From Piedraia hortae CBS 480.64 (taxonomy: Eukaryota): DNA of 64,000 bases. The notes beneath the pieces were generated by a model. It searched no databases, was not told where the DNA came from, and saw only the letters and a program-made list of their open reading frames with translations. The stretch is taken from assembly GCA_010093745.1 (NCBI GenBank), contig MU005987.1:124001-188000 (forward strand), in the 5' to 3' direction. Below, one piece after another: positions 1-12,800 of the stretch (position 1 is the first letter of the stretch; each line of letters starts with the position of its first letter). Position numbers and translations under genes: made by a program.

Positions 1-95
1 TTGTTGTCGTGTTGGCTTATCGTTCATGCGACATTAGGTGACACTGATGCCTCAGGCAAATACAACCCACCGCACTTCACATCAACAAACAGACC

Positions 96-745
96 ATGAA
101 GATATTACCGCCCAATATGACCTTCGTTCAAGCTAGGACGGTTCCTACACTACGGCGATCACTGCCTCTACAGCCATCATGTCCGCTTCCTTGCCGACCG
201 TTCTCCAACACCACCACCAACATGGCGCGCAAGAATGCAGGGCCCAAAACCGACATGCGAGTCAGTAGGTGCGGTCTACGCAATGGAAAACTGGGCTAAT
301 AATGTCTCAGCGGTAATCAGGTATCACATGCGACATCCTAAGCTGCCTCGAACACTGTCTTTTGCGAGGTTCGAGATCCAATCATATATTCTTCCCAATC
401 AGCTCACTGGTATATAGGAACCGTCATCTCCGACACTGGACCATTCATAGAGCATGGCAGCTTCATCAAGCTAAACTCCGGCGGGCACGTAAACTCGAGC
501 TTGAGCGACAGTTCAACTCTATGGCTGCAGCGTGCGAGCACCTGCGCCTCATGGATGGGAATGGACTTACTGCTGCAGATCGTACTCGTCTTGGTGTCAC
601 GGCTGACCCAGGTAAGAGTGAGGGGCGGCTCTTCCGCACTGCAATGCAGAAGAATAAGATTTGGGACAATGTCCCTATAGAATACGCCCGGATCCAGACC
701 GATACGCCGCCAAAGGATGGCTGGAACTCAGTATGGACTCGATAA
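96..745 (+). CDS. MRPL28: Mitochondrial large-subunit ribosomal protein mL40 (MRPL28-like); exons 96-264, 311-368, 418-745
   Basis: Introns 265-310 (GTAGGT..GCTAAT..CAG) and 369-417 (GT..TAG) join three ORFs into ...VTVIRYHMRHPKLPRTLSFARNRHLRHWTIHRAW...PIEYARIQTDTPP. The RHWTIHRAW motif and an Arg-rich presequence-like N-terminus fit fungal mL40. Confidence 0.85.
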
Positions 746-862
746 GCCATTGTATTATTGAACATAGTACTGTAATGTTATTAATCAAGCAGAAGACGTC
801 GTCCTATGTGTATGAACGTGAACATAACAAAATCATCCTCAGGAAACTAGATGCCCCACGGT

Positions 863-3800
863 TCAGCACTCCATCATCTGCAACACTCTTCTCAACTCAT
901 CAACAGCCTCAATCCCCCTCTCCAACCCCACCATCTCCTCCGGACAAAACAAACCCACGTCCAATCCGCCATGCTTATTAATCGCAAACTCCACATCAAC
1001 GGAAAATAAAACCCCCTCCGTATCCACGTCTAAGACCCCACCCTCTCCAGGTTCAGGCGAGCCCACAACCTTCTCATACCCCACCCGCTTTTCCTCAACA
1101 GACACAATCCACCTCTCCCCATCCTCATGCTCCGGCACCCTCAAAAAATTCACAAACCCGTCAACCTTAACACCAGTCCACTCCCAAACCTCATTCAACC
1201 CAACAAACGCATTCGCCCCGTCACCCAACCTCCCAAGATCGTCCGCAACCTCACGCGCCACCTCCCCCAACGCCCTCGTGGGTTCTCTAACCCGTAACGG
1301 AACAAACCCTAGCGTAGGAAACCTCAACTCCTCCATCCCATGGATTTGCGAGCGATTAGAGAGGTAAATCCCTAACACGACTTCCCTTCCCCCCGTAAGG
1401 TGAGAGTAAATCTTCGCCCAGGCCGCGAAGATGATTGATTGGATCATCAGATCTTTTCGCTTTGCGAGGGATGCGATCTTCCCGGTGTGCAGGAGGTTGG
1501 GGCTGAAGATCTCAGTTCGTGAATGCCTAGGGAGTGGTTGCGGGAGGTAGGTTGGTTGGAAGTTGGAGAGGTAGGTTTTGTAGAATTTCTGGCGGGAGTA
1601 CTTTGAGGTGGGTGAGTGTTGGAGGGAGAGCAAGTCCCGTTCGTGGAGAGGTGTGGGCGGGAGGGGCCTATCGGAGAGAATGGCTGCGTAGTCTTGGATC
1701 AGGAGGTGGAGGGAGACAGCGTCATATAGAGCGTGATGGATTTTGAGGTGGATTTCGTTACCTTCTGGGTGTAGGGTGGCCATTGGGTTTTTGGGTTGGT
1801 GTTTGAGAATGATTTGGTAGACCTCGTCTTGATGGGTATGAAAGATTGTGCGTAAGATTGGACGTATTGCGACTAGTTGCTCCCATGCGTTGAGAACTTG
1901 TTGAGGAGGGAAGCTCCGCTTTAGTTTGTATCGGAACGTGGGATAGAAGAGGCTTCCATTACTTTTGGCCCATACCGAAAGCATGTAGGCTTGGCCTGTT
2001 GTTGCAGGATAAACCGTTTCAATCTCCCCAGGGTTTAAATTGGCCGCTTCTGCAATCTTCTCAGCGGCAGTCGTTGATAAAGTGGGATCAAAAGCCGGAG
2101 CAAAAGACGAGCCGCCTTGGTCAGCAACGTGGGCCATTCGAGCAATGGTCTTGAACCGTACAATCTGGCTCACGCTCAGGTGAACATTCTGCTTCCGAAG
2201 TAACCCTGCCACTTTAATTGCCGAGATTGAGTCTATGCCAATTCTTTCAATGGTTGTATCTGCAGAGATTTTCTCTGCAGGCACTTTGGATACCTGAGCG
2301 AGGACATTGCGTATCTGTTCACCCGTAGAGGATATCCCTTCCAGCTTGTCATCTTGACCACTCTCGGCTTCAACCCGGGACGCGTCCTTCAACTCAAACT
2401 CAGGCAGATTGCAGATTCTCGCCTTGCGTCCAAACACCTCCACGGTCGGCTCTTCAGGCGACTCAATTACCGAGGCAAGAAGTCCATCGAATCGGTCCAA
2501 CAACATCTCCATCCCTCTTTCATCAAGCATACTCTCCCTGCAAGCACAACGTATAAGCAACTCCTCACCAACAACTTCAATCTCAAACGCCACCGGAAAC
2601 TCAACACTCGAACTCCCACCCACAGAACGATACAACTCATCATTCTGCCCCCCAACATCATGCTGATACAAGAACAACGTATCAAACAGTCTCGGCAACC
2701 CAGCCTGAATCGCCCTCAACGGCATCCTCTTAAACGGCCTTAGATCATTAAGCAGTTTCTGCATATACTGCACCATCTCCGCTCGACTTCCATGGAGAAA
2801 TGTCCGAACAGGAACCGTGTTCATCAAAGGGAACATTGTCTTCTCAGATTCCTCGTCATCTCGACAGGCAAAAACCACGCCGTATATCACTTCCAATGAG
2901 TGCGTGTACTGCGCTACTTCGAGAGCCCAGCATGTTTGAGCCAGTGACTGGAGCGAGATACCTTGAGCTTGGCAGAATTCTCGTGCGACATAAGCGGTTG
3001 TGGAGCAGATTTTGTGAGAACGCTGAGGACTGCAGGATGCCATGCGTGGGAAAGGGGTTGGAGAGGCGCCTGAAAGTGCGTTCTTCCAGAAATTGCGCGC
3101 TTCGTCGTTGGCGGAAAGGAGTGCCTCGCGGATGACATTGTCGTTGGAAGGACGGGGAGAGAGATTGTCTTGATACGCGCGATGAACGTCCTCGTGCAAG
3201 AGTGACAGACTGTGGCCATCATACTGCGCATGAGCTAGGGAAACGATGCAATAACATTCGTTTTTAGTTTTGGCGATGGTCACCCGGAATAGAGGCAGTG
3301 CTTGTCTCTGGTGCCTGACAGAGTTCGTTATCCTGTCCAGATGCCTCGCGAGATCAGCTTGGGACGGTATCGAGAGGGTGCGTATCTTCAACTCCCACGG
3401 TTTGTAAATGACCTGCGTAAAGGTTTGATCCAAAGTTGGGTCAGTGACCTGCACAAAACCCGTGCGCAGTATGGGAGACTGTTCCACAACGTTCTGCCAA
3501 GCAGCCAGGAGCCGATCCAGGTCCGTGTCCTGCGAGAGCTGCAAGATGTCGTGGTTGTAGTAATTTTGCCATTCGGACTGTATCATGTCCGCTATCAAAG
3601 CCTCCTGCCCAGGAGTTGCGGGTAGTATCCTCTCAATAGCGGGTTCGTTGGGTAAGTTTGGTAGAAAGGACTCAGTTAGCTGCCTCTCAATGTGCTCCAA
3701 AGAATTATTTGCCGCTCGCTTTGAACCGCATGGTTTATTGTGCGCCTCTGCCAGGATCTTGGGAATTGTCTGCGCTTGCAGGAGCTTGCTGACGGTAATA

Positions 3801-6800
3801 TGGACTCCTTCCCTCTTTGCTCGCGATGCCAGCTTGACAGCATCGATACTATCCAGTCCCAGTGAGAATATTGTAGCATCATCTCCAACAGTATCCTCCT
3901 CAACTTGTGCCAGTTGAGCAATTATCCTCCTCAACGCCAGAGCCAAAGGTGACCACTCGAAACTGCCAGTTCCACTGGATGGCTGAACAGGCTTAGGCTT
4001 GCTACCCACGATTGCTTGACTCTTTGGCACCTGTACGCTGTTACTTATCTTGTCGTTGAGACTAGTCGTCGCCGCCTGCAAAGCCATCTTAAACGTCTCA
4101 GCCATGGCCTCAAGTTCCTTTGCATCGACCATACACCGCTGCGCCACAAGAACCAGCTGCAGAGTCCCATCTGTGCAAAGGCTAATCTCGAACGCGAGAG
4201 GATACTCCGCATTAGCAGGCTGCTCGATTTCCGGGAGCCAATTGCTCCCTGCCTGGTGCTGAAAGACAAAGAGAACATCCAAAATTTGGCCCAAATGCCA
4301 GCCACACCATTTGCGGATGTTTCTCAGTGGGACATGCTGGTATGGCAGAGTGGCGATATTGTCCTCATTGATTCTTTCAATGGTGTCAGCCCAGGAGGAG
4401 TTTGCCAAATCTGACACGCCGCATGGGAGAGTATTGAACAGAGGACCGATGACTCGATCCGCGTTGGCAAAATCAATTGACCTTCCAGACACGACTTGGC
4501 CGTAGAGTTGGGCCCGTGGGAAGTGGTGCTTCAGGGTTACCTCGAAGCAGCCTTGCAGGAGAGCTTGATGTGAGACATTCAGCTGCTTTCTTCCTGCTTC
4601 TAGATCCCCCATTTCAATGCATTTCGTGACTGAAACTGTAGTCTTGTCTTGGCCATTGACCAAGGAAACGGCCTCAAAGGTGTCCAACCTTCCCTGCCAA
4701 AAGCTCTTCGCTCCTTGTGGCCGCTGCAAAGGTCCATGGGCCAAGGCATCCGTAAACTTTGGACCATACTCCGGTTCTTTGTCGTTATAAGCCTCATACA
4801 AGCAATGAAGCAACAGCTGCCATGAAATGCCATCGTAAATAGCATGATGAACGAAGAAGTGCAGCCTTGGCTCTACTGCTCGCACGAAGACCACCTTTAT
4901 GGGCTGCAACAAGTTCGAGTCATTCTCCTGCAGCCATTGAGATCTTGCCTCAGAAACTTGTTCATCTGTCAAGACCTCGATATGGATCTCCTGGTGCCGT
5001 CTAATAACCTGAACGAACCCGTCGTCAGTCTCCACAAAGACAGCACGCAGGAGCTGAATGCCACGGGTGATGGTCTGGACCGCCCTTTGCAGCTGGTCGA
5101 GATTGATTTCCTCGGCACGATACCAATATTCATTAAAGTATGCCTTTAACGGACTGCGCAGCGACTCTATAATAAGACCTTCCTGAAGGGGCGTACACGG
5201 AACGATTGCTTCGATCTCGTCATCTGGCAGAGTCAGAGCTCGAGAAATATTAGGTTTGAGTCTTTGTGAGAACGCGGCCATAGATAGAGCTGTCTGGTTC
5301 GTGGCAGAATTCTGCTGATCTCTGTTCGTTGACAGTGCAGATGCAAGGCCACGTATGGTGGGATTGTGCAGGATCAATGCAACATTGGCAGCTTCGAAGC
5401 CTTTGCGTTTGAGCATTGTTGCAAATGAGATAGCGGACACTGATGACAGCCCGAGTGAGAAGAGGTTGGCATTGCGATTGTCTACACTCTCTTCGATTGA
5501 GAGAAGTTTTGCTGCTGCCTCCCAGATCTGTCGTTCTTGGTCATTCATGGGTCTGCCGTCGCCGTTGCCTTGCTCCAACTGCTTCCGATCTGGATCTTGA
5601 AACAATGCCACCAAACGCTTACTATCGATCTTGTTGTTGGCTGTGAGGGGCATGAAGTTGACTGGGAGAATGTGAGTGGGAACCATGTAACCTGGGAGGC
5701 GATCATAGCAGGCTTGACGAGCCGTCTCCACCAGCTGCCTGATATCCTCGTTCAATTGCAATTCTTCAAGACTACCTCCCGCGCGTGCAGCCCCAGGCGT
5801 GATGAACGATACCAGCTGCTCAGACCGACCCTTGACGACCATTGAAATCACCTCCGCGATCTGGTCAGACGATCTCTTGACAACGTGATCAACTTCGGTG
5901 ACTTCAAGTCTCTGACCACGCAGTTTGGCTTGGGTATCTTTTCTACCCACGAACTCAAACGAGCCGTCATGAAGCATCCGGACCAAGTCACCTGTCCGAT
6001 AGACTTTCTTCTTGTACCGATCAAGAAACGGAAAGGCCTTTGCCGTAAGCTCTTGCCGGTTGAGATAACCCCTCCCCACCAGCTTCCCGGATACGCATAG
6101 CTCTCCCAACCCACCCCGTAGCACGGGTTCATCCGTCCCAGGACGAAGAACCAACGAGCCAACATTATCAAACTGCGGGCCAATATTAGAAGGCTTCGCA
6201 TTTGTCCCGATGAAAGGGTTCATGGTAACCCCAATCGTCGCTTCCGTAGGACCATATCCATTACACACAGTCTTATACGGACCCCAAGCATCGATAATTT
6301 CCTGCTTCAAAGCCTCCCCTCCGGTGATGAAGACGCCATTATGCATACTTGGAACTTCCTTTGGATCAACCAGACGAGCAAGCGAAGGCGTAAGATCGAT
6401 ATGTGTGATTTGCATGCGTCGCATGAAAGAGGTAATATCATCTAGGACGATATCTCTTGGTGCGCCCACGACGGCAATCCCAACGCTCCAGCTCCAAAAG
6501 TGCTCCAGCACTGAGACATCGAACCAGTAGCTCGCGAATTGGAACCATCGGGATTTATCCGTCCAGTGACCAGCAAAGAGTCTTTGGAAAGCCATCATCG
6601 CTTGGATCGTGTTCTCATGTGTGAGCTCGCAGCCTTTGGGTGTGCCGGTCGTGCCGGATGTATAGAGACAATATGCTGTTGCGTTCCCGTCTGCCAGTCC
6701 TACCTCAACTGGCTCTTCTGACAGATTAAACAATTCGCTCTCGACGATATGAAGCGTCGGAATGCCGTCAGGAGCCCATTGACCAGCCTGCTCCCCACTC

Positions 6801-9800
6801 AAGAGTAGGATCCTAGCCCCGGAGTCTTCGAGTATAAACTGCTGCCGAGACTCTGGAAGGTTGGGATCGAGCACCAAAAACGAACATCCAGCTTTTGAAA
6901 TACCCAAGAACGTGATCGATGCTTCAGGACACTTGTCCATGCGAGCGGCAACGATGCTGCCTGCAGCGATTCCATGCTGTCGCAGAAGCTGGGCTAGTTG
7001 ATTCCCACGACGATCGAGCTGGTTGTATGTCCAGTGTGAGACTTCTGAGCAATTAGCGTCAGAAACAAAGTAAAGGGCAACCCGATCTGGATGTTTAGCA
7101 GCGCTTTCCGTAACGAAGTCGTGGATAAAAGTTGCTTTTGATGGAATCGAGTGCACTTTTGGCGGCAACATAGAGTAAAGATCCAGTGGATGTGATGATT
7201 GCTCAGAGCGGACCAACTGGCGAAGCAGATGATTGTACTGCAGGAGCAGGATCTGCGCGTGCTGGTCAGGCACGCGTTGGCCGTCCACTGTCAAATGGAT
7301 GAGCGTCTTGCCATCAGTTGGCGTCTCCAGCTCGAATGAGACGGTGTACTCCACATTCGAGGTCTCATCGACCCTTTCCCAATCCAAACCTGCCTCCATA
7401 GAGGAGCTCTTTTGGTACACAAACACCGTATCGAAGAGAGCCTCACGAGGGCTACCAGCATAATGCTGGATATCTACGAGTGGCGTCAAGCGGTGTCTGT
7501 AGGACGCAGCGTTGTACTTGACCATTGAACGCACGACATCCGCGGTGCTGCCTTCGACTTTGCACACGACCGGGATGGAAATCATCGCGGGGAAAAGGGT
7601 CTGGTGGCTTTTTGATGGACTCCGCGTGGAAAATATGGTCCCAAACGTAACTGTTTCTTCGCCGGCGTAGGCTGCAAGCAATTGAGCCCACAGACCCTGT
7701 CCGACAGCCTGGATTGTCACCTCATTATGTCGGCAGTATTCTTGCAGTTTCAGAGTTGAGATTTCACTAGGATGTGAGAAGCGTCGCAATCTTGAACATA
7801 TATCCGTATTGGGATGCAAATTTGGGAACTTGACCAGCCTAGAGTATGTTAATATCAAATCAGCTTATTCAGATGAAGACTTACTTTGCGTCCTGCATCG
7901 TCTCTCTCCAAAACGCGGAGCTATCTGAGGGAGCATCTCCAAAAGTGGCCTGGAGGATTGGGACAATCTCTAATTGTTCCAGAGACTGTCCAGCCAACAC
8001 CGCAGAGAAGTCAGCCAGCAACATCTGTAGACTTTCCGCATCATAGAGAGCATGGTGAATCGAGAGCAGCATGTACTCTGCGCCACTGTCTTTGTAAATC
8101 GAAACGCTCCAAGCCACGTTCTGGAGGTTGCGGACAATATTCTCGCCAAGCAGCTCTTTATCTTCACCCCGCTCCTCAACGGGCACCGCAACAGATTCCA
8201 AGGGATGCAAGCCCATCTGAAAAGGCTGCTGAGCATCTTCGACCTGATAGAACCCCGTTCGAAGCATGGGGTGCTTCTTCTGAAGTTCCCTAAACGCTCG
8301 CCTCAATGCGTCCACTGAGATGTTGTCAGGCAGCTTCCATGTGAGATGGTTCACGTAGAGCTTTCCATTGGTACGGATAGACTGAACGAGCATGCCAATC
8401 TGTACTGACGTGCATGGTAGGACTGCATCTACGGATTTGGATGTAGGTATTTTGTATCGCTTGCTTGTCAAGGCGTTACTCTCTGTTTGGCCATTGCATG
8501 GCTGTTGTGAGATCTTCTGAGCAATCGCAGCCACAGTCTGGCATTCTATCACGTCAGATGCATCCAAATTCATTCCGCGCTTGCGCAGCTGAGAAGCGAA
8601 TTGTACGGCACTCAGACTATCCAATCCAAGGCGGTAGATTGACGTTTGCTTTTCAATATGCCTGGCGTCGGTACGGCTGAAGTGAGCAAGAGTGTCTCTG
8701 ATGTCTTCTTCGAGAGAGGACCATGATTTGTCAGAGCTAGGCTGTGTCTGAATATTCGAGGAAAGAACTCCCGCGAACTTCAGCTTTCCAGCAGTTATGT
8801 CAGCATTGTGCGTACCAAAAGAGCTTGTAGAGCCACTTGGGAAATCCAGAATCTCATGGACTGCAGCAATTGTGGCTTCCAGGAGGTCTACACCCAGCTC
8901 ATCATGCTGCATGCAATGCAGAGTGACAATGTAATCATCATTGCCAGGCACAACCTCGAGTACAAGCGGAACATCCATCTCACCTTCATCATTGACCTTT
9001 TCCCATATGTTGGAGTTCAAGTTGGTATTGCTAGGCTGAAACAACACCAGTGAGTTGAACAGATGCAAGTTAGGCGACTTGGTGATTGACTGTATCCGCC
9101 GCAGTGCCGTAAGCTGATATCGTGAAGCGTCCAGGTTGTAAGTTTGAAAGTATTTGATAATCTGCAGATTAGTACGGCATTTCGCCAAGTCAATACGTAT
9201 GGGGATTGTATTGAAGCATGGAGCAACAAGACGATCTAGCCCAGGAAGTCCCAGGGTCCGACCGCTGACAACATTGCCGAAACATAGATCCTTAACGTCG
9301 AGTGCAGATCCGAGTACCTTTGACCAGGCGGCTTGGAACACAGTAAGGGGAGTGGCATTATGTCTTCGACAAAACGTATCCACCTTAGGCCTGAGACCTG
9401 TGAGGTCTTTGGATATGACTTGGGTGGAGTGAGGTCCAGCGGTTGGCTTTGGACGTGATGGCATTGGTTGAAAATCCTCGAACCTCTCTTTCCAGAACTG
9501 CAAAGCCTCTGTACTGTTTTGAGCCTGCATCTCCAGTAGATATGAGTCTACGGTAGGCGCAGGTTGCAATTCTTCACATTGATAAAGCGCTTCAGCTTCA
9601 TTCAGGACAACTTCCATGGACAGTCCATCGTAGATTGCGTGGTGCATGTGCAGAGTCAGAGTGGCAGGTGAAGATGCTGTCTGCACCTCAATCATGAATG
9701 GCTCGGACATAGTCATCTTCAGCTGCTGACTGGTACCAGGGATAGAAACCCAAGGTAGCGTCTTGGACGGGAGAATCACCTGGACAAATGGGTGCGAAAG

Positions 9801-12800
9801 GGCGTCAGTTGCAACAAAACACGTTCGCAGAATCTCATGTCGCTCCATGAGCTTCTCCCATGCCATCTTTAGTCGCTCAACATCTCCATGAACATGGAAG
9901 ACTGTTTTGTTTGCGTATGCATTAGGCCCCTTGGATAAAGTAGCAGAAAGCATGGCCTCTTGGAGAGGAGTGCACGGCAGGACTCGTTCTGCGCTTTGAG
10001 AGACTTTGTGGACGGATTGCATAACCTCGTCCGGAAGTAAAGCTGCATGCGAGCCATTCGTCATGCTATCGGTCTTTGGAGCCGCCTCAGAAAGAGCCCT
10101 GGCCAGTCGACCAGCAGATGCATGTTTTAGTATGGATGCAATGCTGACACGCTGACCCAATTGCTTCTCAATGGCTTTTGAGAACGAAATGGCGTTCAAT
10201 GAATTAAGGCCCAAGGCGAAGAACGACGTTGACTTGGTGAAGTTATCAATGCTCGCATTCAGTGTGTCAGAAAGCGCTTCCATTAACTGGCTCTCCATGG
10301 GACTGCACTCTGTGTCTTCGTCAGAAGTATCGATGTTCCATGAGTAATGTGCAGCATTTAAGTTTGAAGTGTTCAACAAGTTCAGCAAAAGTCTCTTGTC
10401 TCGTTTCCCTTGCGAGGTGAACGGCAGTTTTGTAACAGGAATGAGCATCTCAGGAACCATATAAGATGGTAGAGAACTCCCAAGGCAACCAAACAGCCGG
10501 GAGATGATTTGGCGATCGCATTCCGCCACCTCCACCGTCTCTGCTGTTGAATGTGAGGACTGCAAAGTCCAGAAAGTTATCAATCTCTTTCCTACTCCAG
10601 GCGCATCTTGGACTACCGTAATGCAGTCCTTGACTACATCATCTTCGTGAACAATCGCATCTATCTCGCTAAGCTCAATGCGGTTTCCACGAATTTTGAC
10701 CTGGTCATCCATACGTCCTGCGATGAGCAACGTGCCATCGTGAAGGATCCGACCCGTGTCCCCGCTACGATATAGACGGCCGTAAACTGCATGATGGGTG
10801 ATCTTGGACAGATTGAGGTCCTCCCGGCCTAGATATCCGCGGAAGACTTGTTCACCGCCAAAAGCGAACTCGCCAAGGGCGCCTTGTGGGAGCATGGACA
10901 ACTCATCATCGTATGAAATGACAAAAGCTGAAGTGTTCTGAAGAGGAGGACCAATTGCACCGAGAACTTCGTCTGGCTTCATGTCCATGTTCACCGTGCA
11001 AATGTTTGTCGTTTCTGAAGGGCCATAGCCTTGATGCAGTCCATGACCTGCCCATTTCCGTTTGACTACTTCTGTTACGCCCTCTCCCGCTGTCACTAGA
11101 AAACGTACACCTGGCACATTCTCGGGATCCACGAGAGCTGCAGTTGTGGGTGTAAGGGAAAGATGGGTGATGCCAAGCTGGCGAATTCCAAGCTCCAAAT
11201 CATGGTAGATCTCCTCCTTGGTTGCTGAACAAAGGCTCATCCCAGTGGTCAAAGCAAAGAAGATTTCAAAGACGCTGACATCAAAAGCTTGTGAGCATGC
11301 CTGAAGTAGACGGTCTCCAGCATAGACCTTGTAGACCTTTGCTAGAACTGCAAGGTTGCCGGCCAGATTGCTGCGGGTGACAGTAACGCCTTTTGGCTGG
11401 CCAGTGCCTGTGAATATTAGCATTCATGCCCACCCGATGCAACCAACTTACTGCCAGACGTGAAAATTGTATAAGCAGGGTGAGACCCTGCCACTTCAAC
11501 GTTAGGACATAGCTCCAATTGTGCTTCGGTGTTGACTTTGTCCAGATTGATCACCTGATCATTTGGCAGGAGCTCGAACAAATGAGTGCTCCCGTCATCG
11601 CATAATGTTAACTTGACACTTGCTTGGTCCATGATCCTCTGAATTCGACCTTGCGGCGTATCAGGCGTTAAGGGAAGATATCCTCCTCCAGCTTTGACGA
11701 CAGCCAAGATGGAGATGTAGAGATCAAGTGACTTGTCCATGCAAATGCAAACCAAATCGCCAGGCTGCACTCCCTTGGAACACAGAAAATTGGCAAGCCT
11801 GTTGCTGTACTTGCTGAGTTGTGAGTATGCCATCTCTGAAGTCGAGAGCCCATCTTCTCGAATTTTAGAGGCAAAAATCAGAGCTGTAGAGTCGGCGTGC
11901 TTTTTGGCGACGTTTTCGAGGGTGGCTGTTAGACCTTCCGATGGTGCACACGATACTGGGTCTGGGTTTGAAATTGACAGCAAGTTGGTGTCCAGACCAT
12001 TGAGTAGACGAGAAACGGGCTGCGTCGTGTGGCCTATAATGCTCTTGACAACGCTTGTAAGTTGTTGCAACAATGTAGAGACTTGCTGCTTTGGCAGGAT
12101 ATCTGGACGATATGTTGCGCGAGCTTGCACGCCATAATCCTGAGGTTTGAATTCCAGGACCAAGCTGAATTCGTTTTTATCAGACGACTCAACTTCCTCT
12201 ACCAAAGGTCCAGCCTCAGCAACTGTACTCTCCTGCCAAATGACCAGTGAGTCGAAGAGCGGCTGTTGCGGATCGCAACCGCAAGCTTCCCTAATTTTGG
12301 CCAGAGGCACGATTGAATTCTTCTGAATAGCACGATTGCCTTCATGTGCCATCAAAAGGAGCTCTGACACATTGCGTACGGTTGAAATATCCATTCGAAA
12401 AGGCAATGTGGCAAGACAGGGTCCAAAGATCCCTTCAATGCCAGCCACGGGCACATGTCGTCCAGAGAAGACGGTCCCAAAAATCACGTCAGGACTGCCA
12501 CTATACGATGCCAGTAGCCAGGCCCAGGCAGTCTGGAAAACTGCGGGTAGACTGTAGCCTTGTGATCTGGCATCCTCTCTGCAGGTTGCAATGTCGAGAG
12601 GGATATCACACTGCTCCATCTTGCTGGGCAGACGTGGCAATTGCCGGGCAGAAAGGTGTGGCAAGGGGGTAAGCGTGAAATCTTGCAGGTACTCTCGCCA
12701 AAACTGAAGTGTGTCCTCCACAGGCATTGAAGAACTTTGGTTGAGATAGTACCTTGCATAGTCGCCATATTGAGTTGGGTTGTCAAGTGCTTGATCACTC

